A DNA stretch of 64,000 bases. Origin: Nitrospiria bacterium (GTDB lineage Bacteria; Nitrospirota; Nitrospiria; SBBL01; JAADHI01). The stretch spans positions 1,726 to 65,725 of the forward strand of contig CALZIJ010000001.1 in assembly GCA_945787655.1 (NCBI GenBank), in the 5' to 3' direction. Of the stretch, positions 47,825-58,263 are shown piece after piece. The notes beneath the pieces were generated by a model. It was given only the letters and a program-made list of their open reading frames with translations. It had not been told where the DNA came from and made no database searches. The translations under genes and the position numbers were made by a program. Every line of letters begins with the position of its first letter. Positions within the stretch are counted from its first letter, which is position 1.

Positions 47825-49291
47825 ATGATTTGGGACAAACACAGACGATGGACTTTAAGTATTGTTCTTTTCGCCACAGCCTTATTTGCACCCGCCTCTA
47901 TTGCCGAAGACGGCGGCATGGCCAGTTTAAGAGAATCCAGCAAAGCCTTTGCCGCTGTCGCGCAAAAAGTCTCCCCCGCTGTGGTTTTTATTAAAGTGGA
48001 GCGGACGCAAACTAATACATTACAAAATCCATTTCCTTTTCAATCACCTTTTAGGGATGATTTTTTTAAACGCTTTTTTGGTGAACCCTTTCCCGGCTTT
48101 CCCCGGCAGGAACCGCCCCGTGAAGCGCCGCGTACAATCGTCGGCCAGGGCTCCGGATTTGGCTTTGCCGCCAAGAAAAGCCTGCTATCAAACACCACCT
48201 ACATTCTCACAAACAATCACGTTGTCGGAGACGCGGATATTATTCGGGTCACCGCACAGGACGGTCGGGAATTTAAAGCCAAAGTCACGGGGTCAGACCC
48301 GAAATCCGACCTTGCGGTTATCGAGATTTCAGGAGAACTCCCCATCCTTTCCATGGGTGATTCCACACAACTGGATGTGGGGGAATGGGTCGTGGCCATC
48401 GGCAATCCTTTTGGCCTGAGTCATACGCTGACTGTCGGGGTCGTCAGCGCCAAAGGACGCAGGGGTTTGGGAATTAACGATTATGAAGATTTTATCCAGA
48501 CCGACGCCGCCATTAACCCGGGTAATTCCGGAGGACCCCTGGTGAATCTGGACGGAGAGGTCGTGGGCATCAATACTGCCATTTTTTCACGCAGCGGCGG
48601 TTATATGGGTGTAGGATTTGCTATTCCTGCAAACCTGGCTAAAAACGTAGCGGATCAGCTGATCAATCAGGGTGAGGTCACACGTGGATATCTCGGCATT
48701 GTCATTCAGGAGCTGACCCCTGAATTGGCGGAATCTTTTGATTTAAAAGACAAAAAAGGCATTTTAATTGCCCAGGTTACCGAGAACTCTCCCGCTGACA
48801 AAGCAGGGCTCAAATCCGGCGACCTGATTATAGAATATCAGGGCAGGACGGTCACAGACCTCAGTGATTTTAGAAACCGTGTGGCCTTGACCCCGCCAGA
48901 AAGCAAAGCAAATATTAGGATCATCCGAAATGGGGAAGAGAAGCAGCTTTCGCTTAAAATCGGGAAACTTCGTGAAGAACATTTGGTTCAAAAAGGATCT
49001 CCCCAAAAAACGGAAGAATTGGGCATAACGGTGCAAACCCTGACACCGGCGCTGGCCGAGCAATTTGACATTCAAATCAGAAAAGGCGTGGTCGTGACAG
49101 CCGTTTCACCCGGTGCGATTGCCGACAAAGCCGGTATTCAACCAGGCACCGTAATTTTGCAAGTGGACCGCAGCCCTGTAAACTCGGCTTCGGAATTTAG
49201 GAAGGCCGTTAAAAATCGAAAATCTAAAAAACAGATTATGCTCCTGGTTCGCGAACGGGGCATATCCCGATTTGTTGTGTTACGCTGGTGA
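47825..49291 (+). CDS. htrA: Do/DegP/HtrA family periplasmic serine endoprotease with two PDZ domains
   Basis: It has a signal peptide, TNNHVV (His), the GNSGGPL catalytic serine, and two PDZ-like segments. Confidence 0.92.
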   Translation: MIWDKHRRWTLSIVLFATALFAPASIAEDGGMASLRESSKAFAAVAQKVSPAVVFIKVERTQTNTLQNPFPFQSPFRDDFFKRFFGEPFPGFPRQEPPREAPRTIVGQGSGFGFAAKKSLLSNTTYILTNNHVVGDADIIRVTAQDGREFKAKVTGSDPKSDLAVIEISGELPILSMGDSTQLDVGEWVVAIGNPFGLSHTLTVGVVSAKGRRGLGINDYEDFIQTDAAINPGNSGGPLVNLDGEVVGINTAIFSRSGGYMGVGFAIPANLAKNVADQLINQGEVTRGYLGIVIQELTPELAESFDLKDKKGILIAQVTENSPADKAGLKSGDLIIEYQGRTVTDLSDFRNRVALTPPESKANIRIIRNGEEKQLSLKIGKLREEHLVQKGSPQKTEELGITVQTLTPALAEQFDIQIRKGVVVTAVSPGAIADKAGIQPGTVILQVDRSPVNSASEFRKAVKNRKSKKQIMLLVRERGISRFVVLRW

Positions 49292-49309
49292 GCATCAAAC
49301 CGATGCGGG

Positions 49310-49873
49310 TTAGTTTAATTCTGTATCTTTCCAGTATTTGGTCCCTTTAATCGTCGCCTGCAGCGCCAGGCCGCTTTCGGTGATTTGGTAAATGGTGATG
49401 TTGTCGATCGTGGCTTCTCCACCGACTGCGGCCCCTTTATTCCCGGCCTTCGCGGCGGCGTCTGCTTGTACACCAAAGGCCCAACCCTGCTCAACAAAAC
49501 GTTCAAGGGTTTCAAGCGTATGAAAAACAAACACCACTCGAAAGTCTTTTACACCCAGACCAAGCCCTATCCCCAATTCTCCCATTTTCATATAAGTCTG
49601 TTTTCCGGTTCGATTATTTTTAACCACGCCATACCCGCCGCCCACACTCGCAAAAATGATTTTGACATTGGCATTGCTGAAAACTGCATAGCCGGGTGCA
49701 CTTTTAATTTGAGACTTGACGTCCGGTTTGATCTTGTAAAGATCAGAAAGCACCTCATTTTTCATCTCCTGCACGGCTTGCCGTTTGTCCGACACAGGCT
49801 TGTTTCCCATCGTGGCACAAGCTGAGAACAGGACTGTCCATATCAGAATCCCCCATAAATATTTCAGTTTCAT
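49310..49873 (-). CDS. SYLF (DUF500/Ysc84-like) domain lipoprotein
   Basis: The lipobox is LFSAC. Gly-rich repeats GGGYGVV and GIGLGLGV are present, followed by ADAAAKAG. Confidence 0.6.
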   Translation of the reverse strand: MKLKYLWGILIWTVLFSACATMGNKPVSDKRQAVQEMKNEVLSDLYKIKPDVKSQIKSAPGYAVFSNANVKIIFASVGGGYGVVKNNRTGKQTYMKMGELGIGLGLGVKDFRVVFVFHTLETLERFVEQGWAFGVQADAAAKAGNKGAAVGGEATIDNITIYQITESGLALQATIKGTKYWKDTELN

Positions 49874-49952
49874 CCACTTTCTCCCCGGAAGACCACTTCC
49901 CACCTTACATTTTTAAAAGTCTCTGCGGCACACTTATCATATTCGTACACAC

Positions 49953-52115
49953 TCAGAGATTTATCATTTTTAATATTTTCGATATTTTTGCTTTAAGATT
50001 ATCGGGAATATCCTGTTTGAGCGCTGTTTCCAAATGTGGAAGGCCAAGGTGCATTTCCTCATTTTTTACATAAGCCATACCCAAGTGGTATTTATATAAC
50101 CCTTTGTCCGGGTTTTTATTGACAAGTGGGTCCAAAATTTCAATGGCTTGTTGATAATCTCCATTGAGATAATACCACCAGCCCAATGTATCATTGATTT
50201 GATCATTTTTAGGCGCCACGCTAATTGCCTGTCTGATATAGGAGTAGGCTGTGGTTTTATCTTCAAAGTGATTTAATAGTATCCAAGCCAAATTGTTGAG
50301 CAGCATGTCATCTTCGGGGAAATATGCCAGCCCTTTTTCATAGACTTTTCGGGCGTGAATATAATCTTTATTTTTTTCGTATAAAATACCCAAGGCCTGA
50401 TAAGATTTGATAAATTGAGGATGCATTTCAATCAGCCTGTTTAACAAGGTCATTGCCGAAGCGGCATCCCCTTTTTCAGACGCGATTTTGGCTTTCATAT
50501 AATGGGCCGCCGTATTGTTATGATTGAGAAGAATGGCCTTTTCAAGATGTTTATCCGCCAGGCCCAAAACACCCTCTTCTAAATAATATTGCCCCATTAA
50601 GGCGTGAGATAAAAACCCGGCCTGATGATCCAGATAGGGAGCAAGATGGTCATCAACCTGTCTTGGCTCCACCTTTTCTTGCTTTAAAAGTTCAAGTTCC
50701 AGGAAGAGCCGTTCGACATACCTTGGGTCTATTTCAGAGATCTGCTTTCTGGCCTCTGATAGCTGTTTGTTATTTATTGCGGTCAGGGCATTGAAATAAA
50801 AATAGAGATTATTCCGGCTATCCAGTTTTTGAAGCACTTCAAATTCATACCGGGCTTCTTCCAGCCGGCTTTGCAAATAAAGGGCAACGCCGTTCATGGC
50901 GTGTCCACTCCTGTTGTCGGGCTCAATCTGCAGGACCAGTTTGGCATGATCCGCCGCCAGGTCATATTGATTGGACAACAGATAAAGCCCCGCCAATAAT
51001 AGGTGGGCCTGAATATAACCCGGATTGTTTTGTATGGCCTTTTTTAAAAACTGTTTTGACAGCCTCGGTTTGTTTTGGAGCAAGTGCGTCAAACCCAGAT
51101 AATAATTGATTTCGTATGAGGACGGACTGACCACGAGTGCCTTGTTAAAACTGGACAGTGCACTGTCCACGTCCCCGGCCCGCAAATGATATTCTCCCAG
51201 CAACATCGCACCATAATAACGCTCGTTTTTTTTATCCTCATCGAGACCGGCCTGATTCAATTTTTCAATCAGGCGGGAAGCCGCCAGGTTTTTCCCCAAA
51301 TCCAGGTTCGTTTTAATGGCTCTAATGATTAGCGCCAGGGAATCCGGATGATGTTTTAAGGCATTCAAATAAATTTCATTGGCCCCGGAAAGGTTGTTTC
51401 GCTTGATGTATACCGTGCTGAGGGCCATGGATAAATTGATATCATCGGGATACGTTTTTAGTTTGCCCTCCAAATGAATCTCTGCCTCCCGGCTGCGGTC
51501 TGTCGACAAATAAAAATTCGCCAGTGCAATATCTGCAACAGTCCCTTCTTTAGACCGCCTTACGGCTTCTAAATAATATTCCTCCGCTTTTTTAAAATCC
51601 CTTTGTTTCAAAAAACTGTTGGCGAGTCCGACATAGCCTTTAATAAAATTTTCATCCTGTTTCAGAGCGGCCCGATAATATTTTTCAGCGTCGTCAAACA
51701 ACTCCTTTTTTAAATTAATATTTCCCCTCAAAAGCGCCGTTTCCGGTGATTGCCCAAACGCAGATTCCATTTTGTCAACAAGCTTTTCTACCCTGCCCGT
51801 CTCACCCAGTAATAGATACAAATAAGCAATCTCTATTTTTGTGGACAGGGGTTGGGGGCTCACTTTTTTGTAAGCCTTTAAAGCCCTCCTCAAATCCCCC
51901 AACTTAAGATAGGACAAGCCCTTAATTGTATAATATTCCGATGTTTTCAACTGGTTATCGTGGATGTCATTTAACAAGACAAGGGCCTGTGTATATTGGT
52001 TATCATCCAATGCTTGGCGTGCCCGGACGAGAGGCCCCATACTCCCCTCATGATTCGCCCTTGAGCAAGAGAGTAAGAAACTCAATAAAAGAATAGATAC
52101 GCCTAGCGTTTTCAC
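49953..52115 (-). CDS. TPR-repeat lipoprotein (720 aa)
   Basis: The lipobox is LLSC. At least 15 TPR-like repeats span the whole length, with the recurring pattern A...Y..AL...P....A...LG..Y. Confidence 0.7.
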   Translation of the reverse strand: MKTLGVSILLLSFLLSCSRANHEGSMGPLVRARQALDDNQYTQALVLLNDIHDNQLKTSEYYTIKGLSYLKLGDLRRALKAYKKVSPQPLSTKIEIAYLYLLLGETGRVEKLVDKMESAFGQSPETALLRGNINLKKELFDDAEKYYRAALKQDENFIKGYVGLANSFLKQRDFKKAEEYYLEAVRRSKEGTVADIALANFYLSTDRSREAEIHLEGKLKTYPDDINLSMALSTVYIKRNNLSGANEIYLNALKHHPDSLALIIRAIKTNLDLGKNLAASRLIEKLNQAGLDEDKKNERYYGAMLLGEYHLRAGDVDSALSSFNKALVVSPSSYEINYYLGLTHLLQNKPRLSKQFLKKAIQNNPGYIQAHLLLAGLYLLSNQYDLAADHAKLVLQIEPDNRSGHAMNGVALYLQSRLEEARYEFEVLQKLDSRNNLYFYFNALTAINNKQLSEARKQISEIDPRYVERLFLELELLKQEKVEPRQVDDHLAPYLDHQAGFLSHALMGQYYLEEGVLGLADKHLEKAILLNHNNTAAHYMKAKIASEKGDAASAMTLLNRLIEMHPQFIKSYQALGILYEKNKDYIHARKVYEKGLAYFPEDDMLLNNLAWILLNHFEDKTTAYSYIRQAISVAPKNDQINDTLGWWYYLNGDYQQAIEILDPLVNKNPDKGLYKYHLGMAYVKNEEMHLGLPHLETALKQDIPDNLKAKISKILKMINL

Positions 52116-52120
52116 GCGGA

Positions 52121-53167
52121 TTACACCCTTAAAAAAACCAGAAAAAATACCTTTGCCAGCATTTTTAAAAATAACAACAACAGCGTCAGTACAATAATTG
52201 AAATAATTTTGTTATTTAAAAAATACGCATATAATTTGGCGATACTTTTAAATAAACCATCAATCCAGGTGGACTCTTTTTTCGCCCCGGCACTTAATAT
52301 GATCGAACGTGTATTTAATGTGAATGTTTTTGCACTTTCAGAATTAACCTGTTCCCGTGATATTTTTTGTTGCGGCAGCACGTGTTCCTTTAATCGCCTT
52401 GATGCGGATGAAGCCTGCGCCATACGGCTCGCTTGTTTCTTCTCTCTAAAATCGCGCCTTGCTTTCGTTTCCCGGACGCCCCTTCCTCGACTGCCGGATT
52501 TTTCCCTGGAATCATACGAATAGGTAAAGTAATTATTTTGATCGATGGTCACGGTATGGTTGGGATTAAACAGGTCGGGCCTCTTTTTTGACATTTGAAG
52601 ATATCTTTGATTGACCGCCTCCAGTTCTTTTAAAATGGCAAAAATCCGGGTTTCCTGCTGTATCACTTCAAAATCTTTATTAAAAAAATTCTCCATCTGT
52701 CCCCACAGGGTAAAATCAAAATATTCACTGCGGATATCTTCTTTCATGACCGGATAACTCTTTATCTCAGTAAGTGCTATCATATCCAGATAAGGCTTTT
52801 CGGTGATATTAAAAATGATATTTTCTTTTTTTGAATTGAGGACTGAAAGGGAGCTAAAAATATGGATCTGTCCATCCGTCACTTTCGTATCACGCTTTAC
52901 ATAATCAATAAAATCCTGCTCATCAATGGAAGGAAAAACATGATTGCTTTCTGAAAAAACAAGGGAGGGAGGAGATAACGCCGTCAAAATCAGGCAAGAG
53001 AAGACACCGATCCAAAACAGGCGCATTCGGGTTTTTAAAAAATCCCTGGCTGGCTCGAAAAACCCCATGCTTCTTAAAAAAAAGGCAACGGCAAGAACAG
53101 TAACCTTCAAAAAAACAAACCTCATACGGTATATTATACAAGAACTGAACATAAAAAAAAGTTTCAT
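52121..53167 (-). CDS. hypothetical membrane-anchored protein (AT-rich gene)
   Basis: It has N-terminal hydrophobic segments, a basic Arg/Lys/Ser-rich middle and a C-terminal TM anchor. The start is uncertain (an alternative is the MRLFWIG ATG near 53026). Confidence 0.45.
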   Translation of the reverse strand: MKLFFMFSSCIIYRMRFVFLKVTVLAVAFFLRSMGFFEPARDFLKTRMRLFWIGVFSCLILTALSPPSLVFSESNHVFPSIDEQDFIDYVKRDTKVTDGQIHIFSSLSVLNSKKENIIFNITEKPYLDMIALTEIKSYPVMKEDIRSEYFDFTLWGQMENFFNKDFEVIQQETRIFAILKELEAVNQRYLQMSKKRPDLFNPNHTVTIDQNNYFTYSYDSREKSGSRGRGVRETKARRDFREKKQASRMAQASSASRRLKEHVLPQQKISREQVNSESAKTFTLNTRSIILSAGAKKESTWIDGLFKSIAKLYAYFLNNKIISIIVLTLLLLFLKMLAKVFFLVFLRV

Positions 53168-53243
53168 GTCAAAGAAAGAGAAGAACCTTGAGTATTACAG
53201 AAAATACGCCAGTCGATATCGACCGGGCAGGGCCGTCCTGGAT

Positions 53244-55028
53244 TCATTTTCTTTTTTTCAACTCAGAGATTCCGAACCTCTCGCTGATAATTTTTCTTCC
53301 ACCATCGGTCCCCAGGTCAAACTGGACCTCCAGTTCACCCTGGTTCAGACCCTCCAGTGCGCCCGTTTCCAGCTTCATCCCCCTGACAACCAGAAGCGCA
53401 CCGCCATCTGAAACTTGAAATGACACCTGATCTAAACCCGTAAGTGTCAGTTCTTCTGGACGATTTGTTTTATATTCTGTAATTTTATATTGATTCACCT
53501 TTTTAAAGATAGGCCCAATGGCTTTGAGCAAAAGGGTCACTTCGTACTGCTCATCACGACCTAAAATCCTGACAGGGGCAGGATTTCTTTTTTGCGCAAA
53601 AAGAATCCGCCCTGAAACATGTGTTTTTAATCTGTTTTTCCCGGAAAAAGGCGCATAAAGCGGGTCACCGATCATCACCATCATCCAGCTGGTGTAGGCT
53701 TGTGAGGCCCAATAGGCCTCACCGGCAGACCAGCCATTAAAGAGCCGGGGATAAAACAAATCTGCATGTGGAAATGCATCTAAAAACGGCTCTGAGATCG
53801 GGCCGCTGCAAAACGCGGCACCCTGAGTTAATAATCCCGAACACCAGGGGTTTTTCCCTTGTTTTTTATACCGCCGTATGTCTTTTGCTTCCCCGCTGGC
53901 CGTATGGACCGCTAGTGCTCCCGGAGCCAGACGCCCGCCAAAAATATCCTGAAAATTGGCCAGGGCATACCATCCCCAGTATAAAAACGTATGAGGGCAA
54001 TCCCCTGCTTGCCACAAGGTTTTTTGTTCATCCAGCTTCACTTTAAACCCTGCATTAAAGGCCTCAATATAGGCCCGCCGCACCCAGGCATCACCCAGTT
54101 CATAACCCGTCTTTGCGCGGCCTATGGTTGATTTTTTAGCATCAAAACACCCAATCCCTACCGGGCCGTCTTCTTCGGCCTGTATGGCCAAATCCACCAG
54201 CCCTTTTGAAATCTCGACGGTCGGCCCTTCCAGCCGAGCGGTCAAGTACAATAATCCTGCATTTTTCAGTTTCTTCCTTTCTTTTAACTTCGCCCTAAAC
54301 GCTCTAAATTTCAGACCCTGGGCAAAATAAAGATTTCGAGACCGACCAAAATACGATCGCATCCGGCCCGCTTCACCCACAGATGGGCCATAAACATCGG
54401 ATCTAAAAAGCCAGGCCAACTCGGAATCCACAGCCGATGAATTATCCAGCACGCGCAGGGCATGTTTACGCTGCCCTGCGGGGAGCAAAGCCACAACCTC
54501 CCGCCACACAGGCGCAAGCCTTTTATATTGACTTTTCAGGGTTTCAAGCTCGTGACGCAAACGGCGCGTTTTATGATGTTCTTCTCCTGATTGATCCTGC
54601 CGTTTCAACAAAGCCGCTTCTTTTTGATTGATTTTCTTCTGAAGTGTCGGCGGCAGGGCCACTGGGCCTTTCACTTTGTATGGAACATCGTATACCGTCA
54701 CCAGAGCCAGGACCTTCTCCTTGAGTTCTTTTTTTTCAAGATAGCGTTGAAGCGGGTAGACCAGCTTTTCCTGAAAATCACGGTGCGCAATATAACGATG
54801 ATGTTTTTGATTGGGAAATGACACCGTAAAGAGGTTTTCTTTTGGAATGCTCCGCCGCATCATGTAATACCTGGCGACGGTCATCGAATCCTCCGAGGCA
54901 TCATTCGCAATCACCAATACTTCATCAGGTCGCAAGTTTTTACCCGACGATTCCGCAGCCGCGACCTCATGAACCGCAGGAGACATTCCCCACAATACAA
55001 AAAACCCTGCCAGGATATAAAATCTCAT
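53244..55028 (-). CDS. secreted TIGR03790-like protein (uncharacterised family)
   Basis: A signal peptide is followed by EVLVIANDASEDSMTVARYYMMRRSIPKENLF, resembling the N-terminal signature I recall for TIGR03790. This assignment is from memory only. Confidence 0.5.
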   Translation of the reverse strand: MRFYILAGFFVLWGMSPAVHEVAAAESSGKNLRPDEVLVIANDASEDSMTVARYYMMRRSIPKENLFTVSFPNQKHHRYIAHRDFQEKLVYPLQRYLEKKELKEKVLALVTVYDVPYKVKGPVALPPTLQKKINQKEAALLKRQDQSGEEHHKTRRLRHELETLKSQYKRLAPVWREVVALLPAGQRKHALRVLDNSSAVDSELAWLFRSDVYGPSVGEAGRMRSYFGRSRNLYFAQGLKFRAFRAKLKERKKLKNAGLLYLTARLEGPTVEISKGLVDLAIQAEEDGPVGIGCFDAKKSTIGRAKTGYELGDAWVRRAYIEAFNAGFKVKLDEQKTLWQAGDCPHTFLYWGWYALANFQDIFGGRLAPGALAVHTASGEAKDIRRYKKQGKNPWCSGLLTQGAAFCSGPISEPFLDAFPHADLFYPRLFNGWSAGEAYWASQAYTSWMMVMIGDPLYAPFSGKNRLKTHVSGRILFAQKRNPAPVRILGRDEQYEVTLLLKAIGPIFKKVNQYKITEYKTNRPEELTLTGLDQVSFQVSDGGALLVVRGMKLETGALEGLNQGELEVQFDLGTDGGRKIISERFGISELKKRK

Positions 55029-55186
55029 TCAAATCCTTTAGAATATTAAACTTGCGGGCTACGCCACAATTGTCCGTAAGTTTATAAAACTGAGTATACT
55101 ATGAGAAAGTGACCTTTAAATAATAACCGTCCACCCGCTCTCTTGCCAATTGAAAGGTGCTGTGATAGATTCTCTGGGCTAAAATC

Positions 55187-57685
55187 ATGGATAAAAGCTA
55201 CTTACCACAAGAAATTGAACCCCGCTGGCAGACCCTCTGGGAAACCCTAAAAACCTTCAAGGTGTCCGAAGAGAAGGACTGCCCAAAATACTATATCCTC
55301 GAGATGTTTCCCTATCCCTCCGGCCGCATCCATATGGGGCACGTCCGGGTCTATGCAATCGGCGATGTCATTGCCCGTTTTAAACGTATGCGGGGATACC
55401 GGGTTCTGCACCCCATGGGCTGGGATGCCTTTGGTTTGCCTGCGGAAAATGCCGCGATCAAAAAGAAAGTGCCTCCTGCGGACTGGACGCATCAAAACAT
55501 CCGCGACATGCAGCAGCAAATGAAAGCCCTGGGTCTTTCTTTTGACTGGGAGCGCGAGGTCCGTACCTGCAGCCCGGATTATTACCGGTGGAACCAGTGG
55601 CTTTTTATTAAACTGTTCGAACGCGGCCTGGCGTATCGCAAGGAAGCCACCGTCAATTGGTGTCCTGATTGTGCGACTGTCCTGGCCAACGAACAAGTCG
55701 TGGAGGGTTTATGCTGGCGTTGTGACAGCGAAGTGAAACAAAAAGCGCTCGACCAATGGTTTTTTCGCATTACGGATTATGCGGAAGAATTGCTCTTGGG
55801 CTGCGACCAACTCTCAGGGTGGCCCGAGCGTGTTCTGGTGATGCAAAAAAACTGGATCGGAAAAAGTGAAGGGGTGGAAGTCGCTTTTAATCGGGCAGAC
55901 GGCAATGAAGTGCTCAAAATTTTCACAACGCGGCCGGATACACTTTTTGGCGTAACCTTCATGAGTATCGCCGCAGAACACCCTTTGGTGGAAAAACTGA
56001 TCGCCGGACGAAAAGAAGCCGATGCGGTCAGGGCTTTCATTCAAAAATACCGGGATCAGGATTTGACCGTACAAACCGCGCTGGATCAAGAAAAAGAAGG
56101 GGTGTTCACCGGGGCATATGCCACACATCCCCTGACTGGAGAGTCAATTCCCATTTGGGTAGCCAACTTTGTATTAATGGGCTATGGTACCGGCATCGTC
56201 ATGGCCGTCCCCGCACACGATCAGCGGGATTTTGAATTTGCCCAACAATACGACCTTCCGGTCAAACTCGTTATTCAAAACGAAGCAAAAAACCTAAGTC
56301 TGCCGCTCGATGCCGCCTACACCGAAACGACCGGCACGCTCGTACATTCCGGACCTTTTTCAGGGCTTGCACCCAAGGCGGCTCAAGAAGCCATTGCCGA
56401 GCACATCGAGACTGAAAAACTGGGAAATCGACAAACCCAATACCGCCTGCGGGACTGGGGAATCTCCCGCCAGCGCTACTGGGGCACGCCGATCCCCATA
56501 GTTTATTGCCAAGATTGCGGGATTCTGCCTGTTTCAGAATCCGATTTGCCGGTCACCCTGCCGGAGATCACCGCCTTTGAGAAAGGTGGGAATCCGCTTC
56601 TTAAAAACCCCGATTTTTTAGAAACCACTTGCCCAAAATGTCAAGGCCCCGCCACACGAGAGACGGACACGATGGATACTTTTGTGGATTCATCCTGGTA
56701 TTTTTTAAGATACACCTCCCCACACGAAAATAAGTTACCCGTGAATCCCGGTCAGGCAAAACAATGGATGGTCGTTGATCAATATGTCGGAGGCATTGAA
56801 CACGCCGTCCTTCATTTACTCTATGCCCGATTTTTCACCAAAGTGATGCGGGACATCGGGTTAATCACAATCGATGAACCTTTTGACAATTTACTCACCC
56901 AGGGCATGGTCATAAAAGATGGTGCGAAGATGTCCAAGTCCAAGGGAAATATTGTCGACCCGCAACATTTAATCCAAACCTACGGGGCGGATACTGCCAG
57001 ACTTTTTTCACTTTTTGCCGCACCGCCCGAAAAGGACCTGGAATGGAGTGATGACGGTGTTCAGGGCTGTTTTCGTTTTTTACAACGTGTCTGGCGTCTG
57101 GTCACGGAATATGCTGAATCCAAACCCTCTGTTCCCCTCGATTCTGATATTGATGCTTTAAGCGCCACACCCCGGGTGAAAAACTTGAGACGCCTCACGC
57201 ATCAAACAATCCAAAAAGTCACCTCGGACATTGATAAAGGCCATCAATTTAATACGGCGATTGCCGCACTGATGTCATTTTACAACGGCCTTTCCAAAGA
57301 CATGGCCGAAGCACCACCTACCGGGGGGGACGGACGTCACTATGCGGCCACACTTTCCGAAGCCGTTCATCATTTGGTGATTCTCCTGTCTCCTTTTGCC
57401 CCCCATCTTGCCGAATCGCTTTGGGAAGCCCTGGGTCATCCCCCGTCCATTATGGATATCGACTGGCCGGATTTTGACCCTCAGGCGATTGTAGAAGAAA
57501 AAGTGGTCGTGGTCATTCAAATCAATGGGAAAGTTCGAAGCCGGTTTGAGTCCGATGCAGACGCCCCCGACGATCTTTTAAAAGAGAAAGCCCTTTCTGA
57601 TCCCAAGGTCAAATCCTGGATCGGGGAGCAATCGATTAAAAAAGTCTTTGTGATTAAAAGTAAATTGGTTAATATTGTGATCTGA
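55187..57685 (+). CDS. leuS: leucine--tRNA ligase
   Basis: It has PYPSGRIHMGH (HIGH region), the CP1 editing domain and KMSKSKGN. Confidence 0.95.
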   Translation: MDKSYLPQEIEPRWQTLWETLKTFKVSEEKDCPKYYILEMFPYPSGRIHMGHVRVYAIGDVIARFKRMRGYRVLHPMGWDAFGLPAENAAIKKKVPPADWTHQNIRDMQQQMKALGLSFDWEREVRTCSPDYYRWNQWLFIKLFERGLAYRKEATVNWCPDCATVLANEQVVEGLCWRCDSEVKQKALDQWFFRITDYAEELLLGCDQLSGWPERVLVMQKNWIGKSEGVEVAFNRADGNEVLKIFTTRPDTLFGVTFMSIAAEHPLVEKLIAGRKEADAVRAFIQKYRDQDLTVQTALDQEKEGVFTGAYATHPLTGESIPIWVANFVLMGYGTGIVMAVPAHDQRDFEFAQQYDLPVKLVIQNEAKNLSLPLDAAYTETTGTLVHSGPFSGLAPKAAQEAIAEHIETEKLGNRQTQYRLRDWGISRQRYWGTPIPIVYCQDCGILPVSESDLPVTLPEITAFEKGGNPLLKNPDFLETTCPKCQGPATRETDTMDTFVDSSWYFLRYTSPHENKLPVNPGQAKQWMVVDQYVGGIEHAVLHLLYARFFTKVMRDIGLITIDEPFDNLLTQGMVIKDGAKMSKSKGNIVDPQHLIQTYGADTARLFSLFAAPPEKDLEWSDDGVQGCFRFLQRVWRLVTEYAESKPSVPLDSDIDALSATPRVKNLRRLTHQTIQKVTSDIDKGHQFNTAIAALMSFYNGLSKDMAEAPPTGGDGRHYAATLSEAVHHLVILLSPFAPHLAESLWEALGHPPSIMDIDWPDFDPQAIVEEKVVVVIQINGKVRSRFESDADAPDDLLKEKALSDPKVKSWIGEQSIKKVFVIKSKLVNIVI

Positions 57686-58263
57686 TGCGGATGAATGCTT
57701 TTTTCAAAATGAGGTCTTCCTTATTTGCTCCGCCCCTGTTACTTTTTGCACTGTTTTCCACACTAATCATCAGTTGCGGCATCCATGATAAAACACCCTC
57801 CCTCAGGGAAGCTGCTCAAATAAAGAAAAGGATCGCCGTACCGCTTTTTACCAATGCCACTTTTGAACCGGTTCTGGAAAAAGAGCTCACCCGTATTTTC
57901 AAGTCTTCCTTTTACCAGAAAGGCTGGACAGTCGAAGACCACTCGGCAAAAAATCGCTTAACCTTACTTGGAAAAATTATTGCTTATACACATCGTCCCA
58001 CTTCTTTAACCCCGACCGGTCAGGCGCGGGCCTATCAAATACGGATCGATGTCGAAATCCGGCTGCTTCAAGGATCTAACCAAGCTGAACCTCGTATTGA
58101 AACGTTATCGGGCATTTCAGATTACCTGGCCAAAACCAATCCAGCCGCGGAACGTGCGGCAAAAGACCGCGCCATTCGGGAAGCGGGGGAAGAAATGGCG
58201 TCGCGACTGGCAATATTAATACAGCCCTTACGCCATCCTTCTTCAGAGCCGGCTTTCAAATGA
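57685..58263 (+). CDS. lptE: LPS-assembly lipoprotein LptE-like
   Basis: The lipobox is IISC. It sits in the conserved leuS-lptE-holA order, and its ATG overlaps the leuS TGA. Confidence 0.6.
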   Translation: MRMNAFFKMRSSLFAPPLLLFALFSTLIISCGIHDKTPSLREAAQIKKRIAVPLFTNATFEPVLEKELTRIFKSSFYQKGWTVEDHSAKNRLTLLGKIIAYTHRPTSLTPTGQARAYQIRIDVEIRLLQGSNQAEPRIETLSGISDYLAKTNPAAERAAKDRAIREAGEEMASRLAILIQPLRHPSSEPAFK

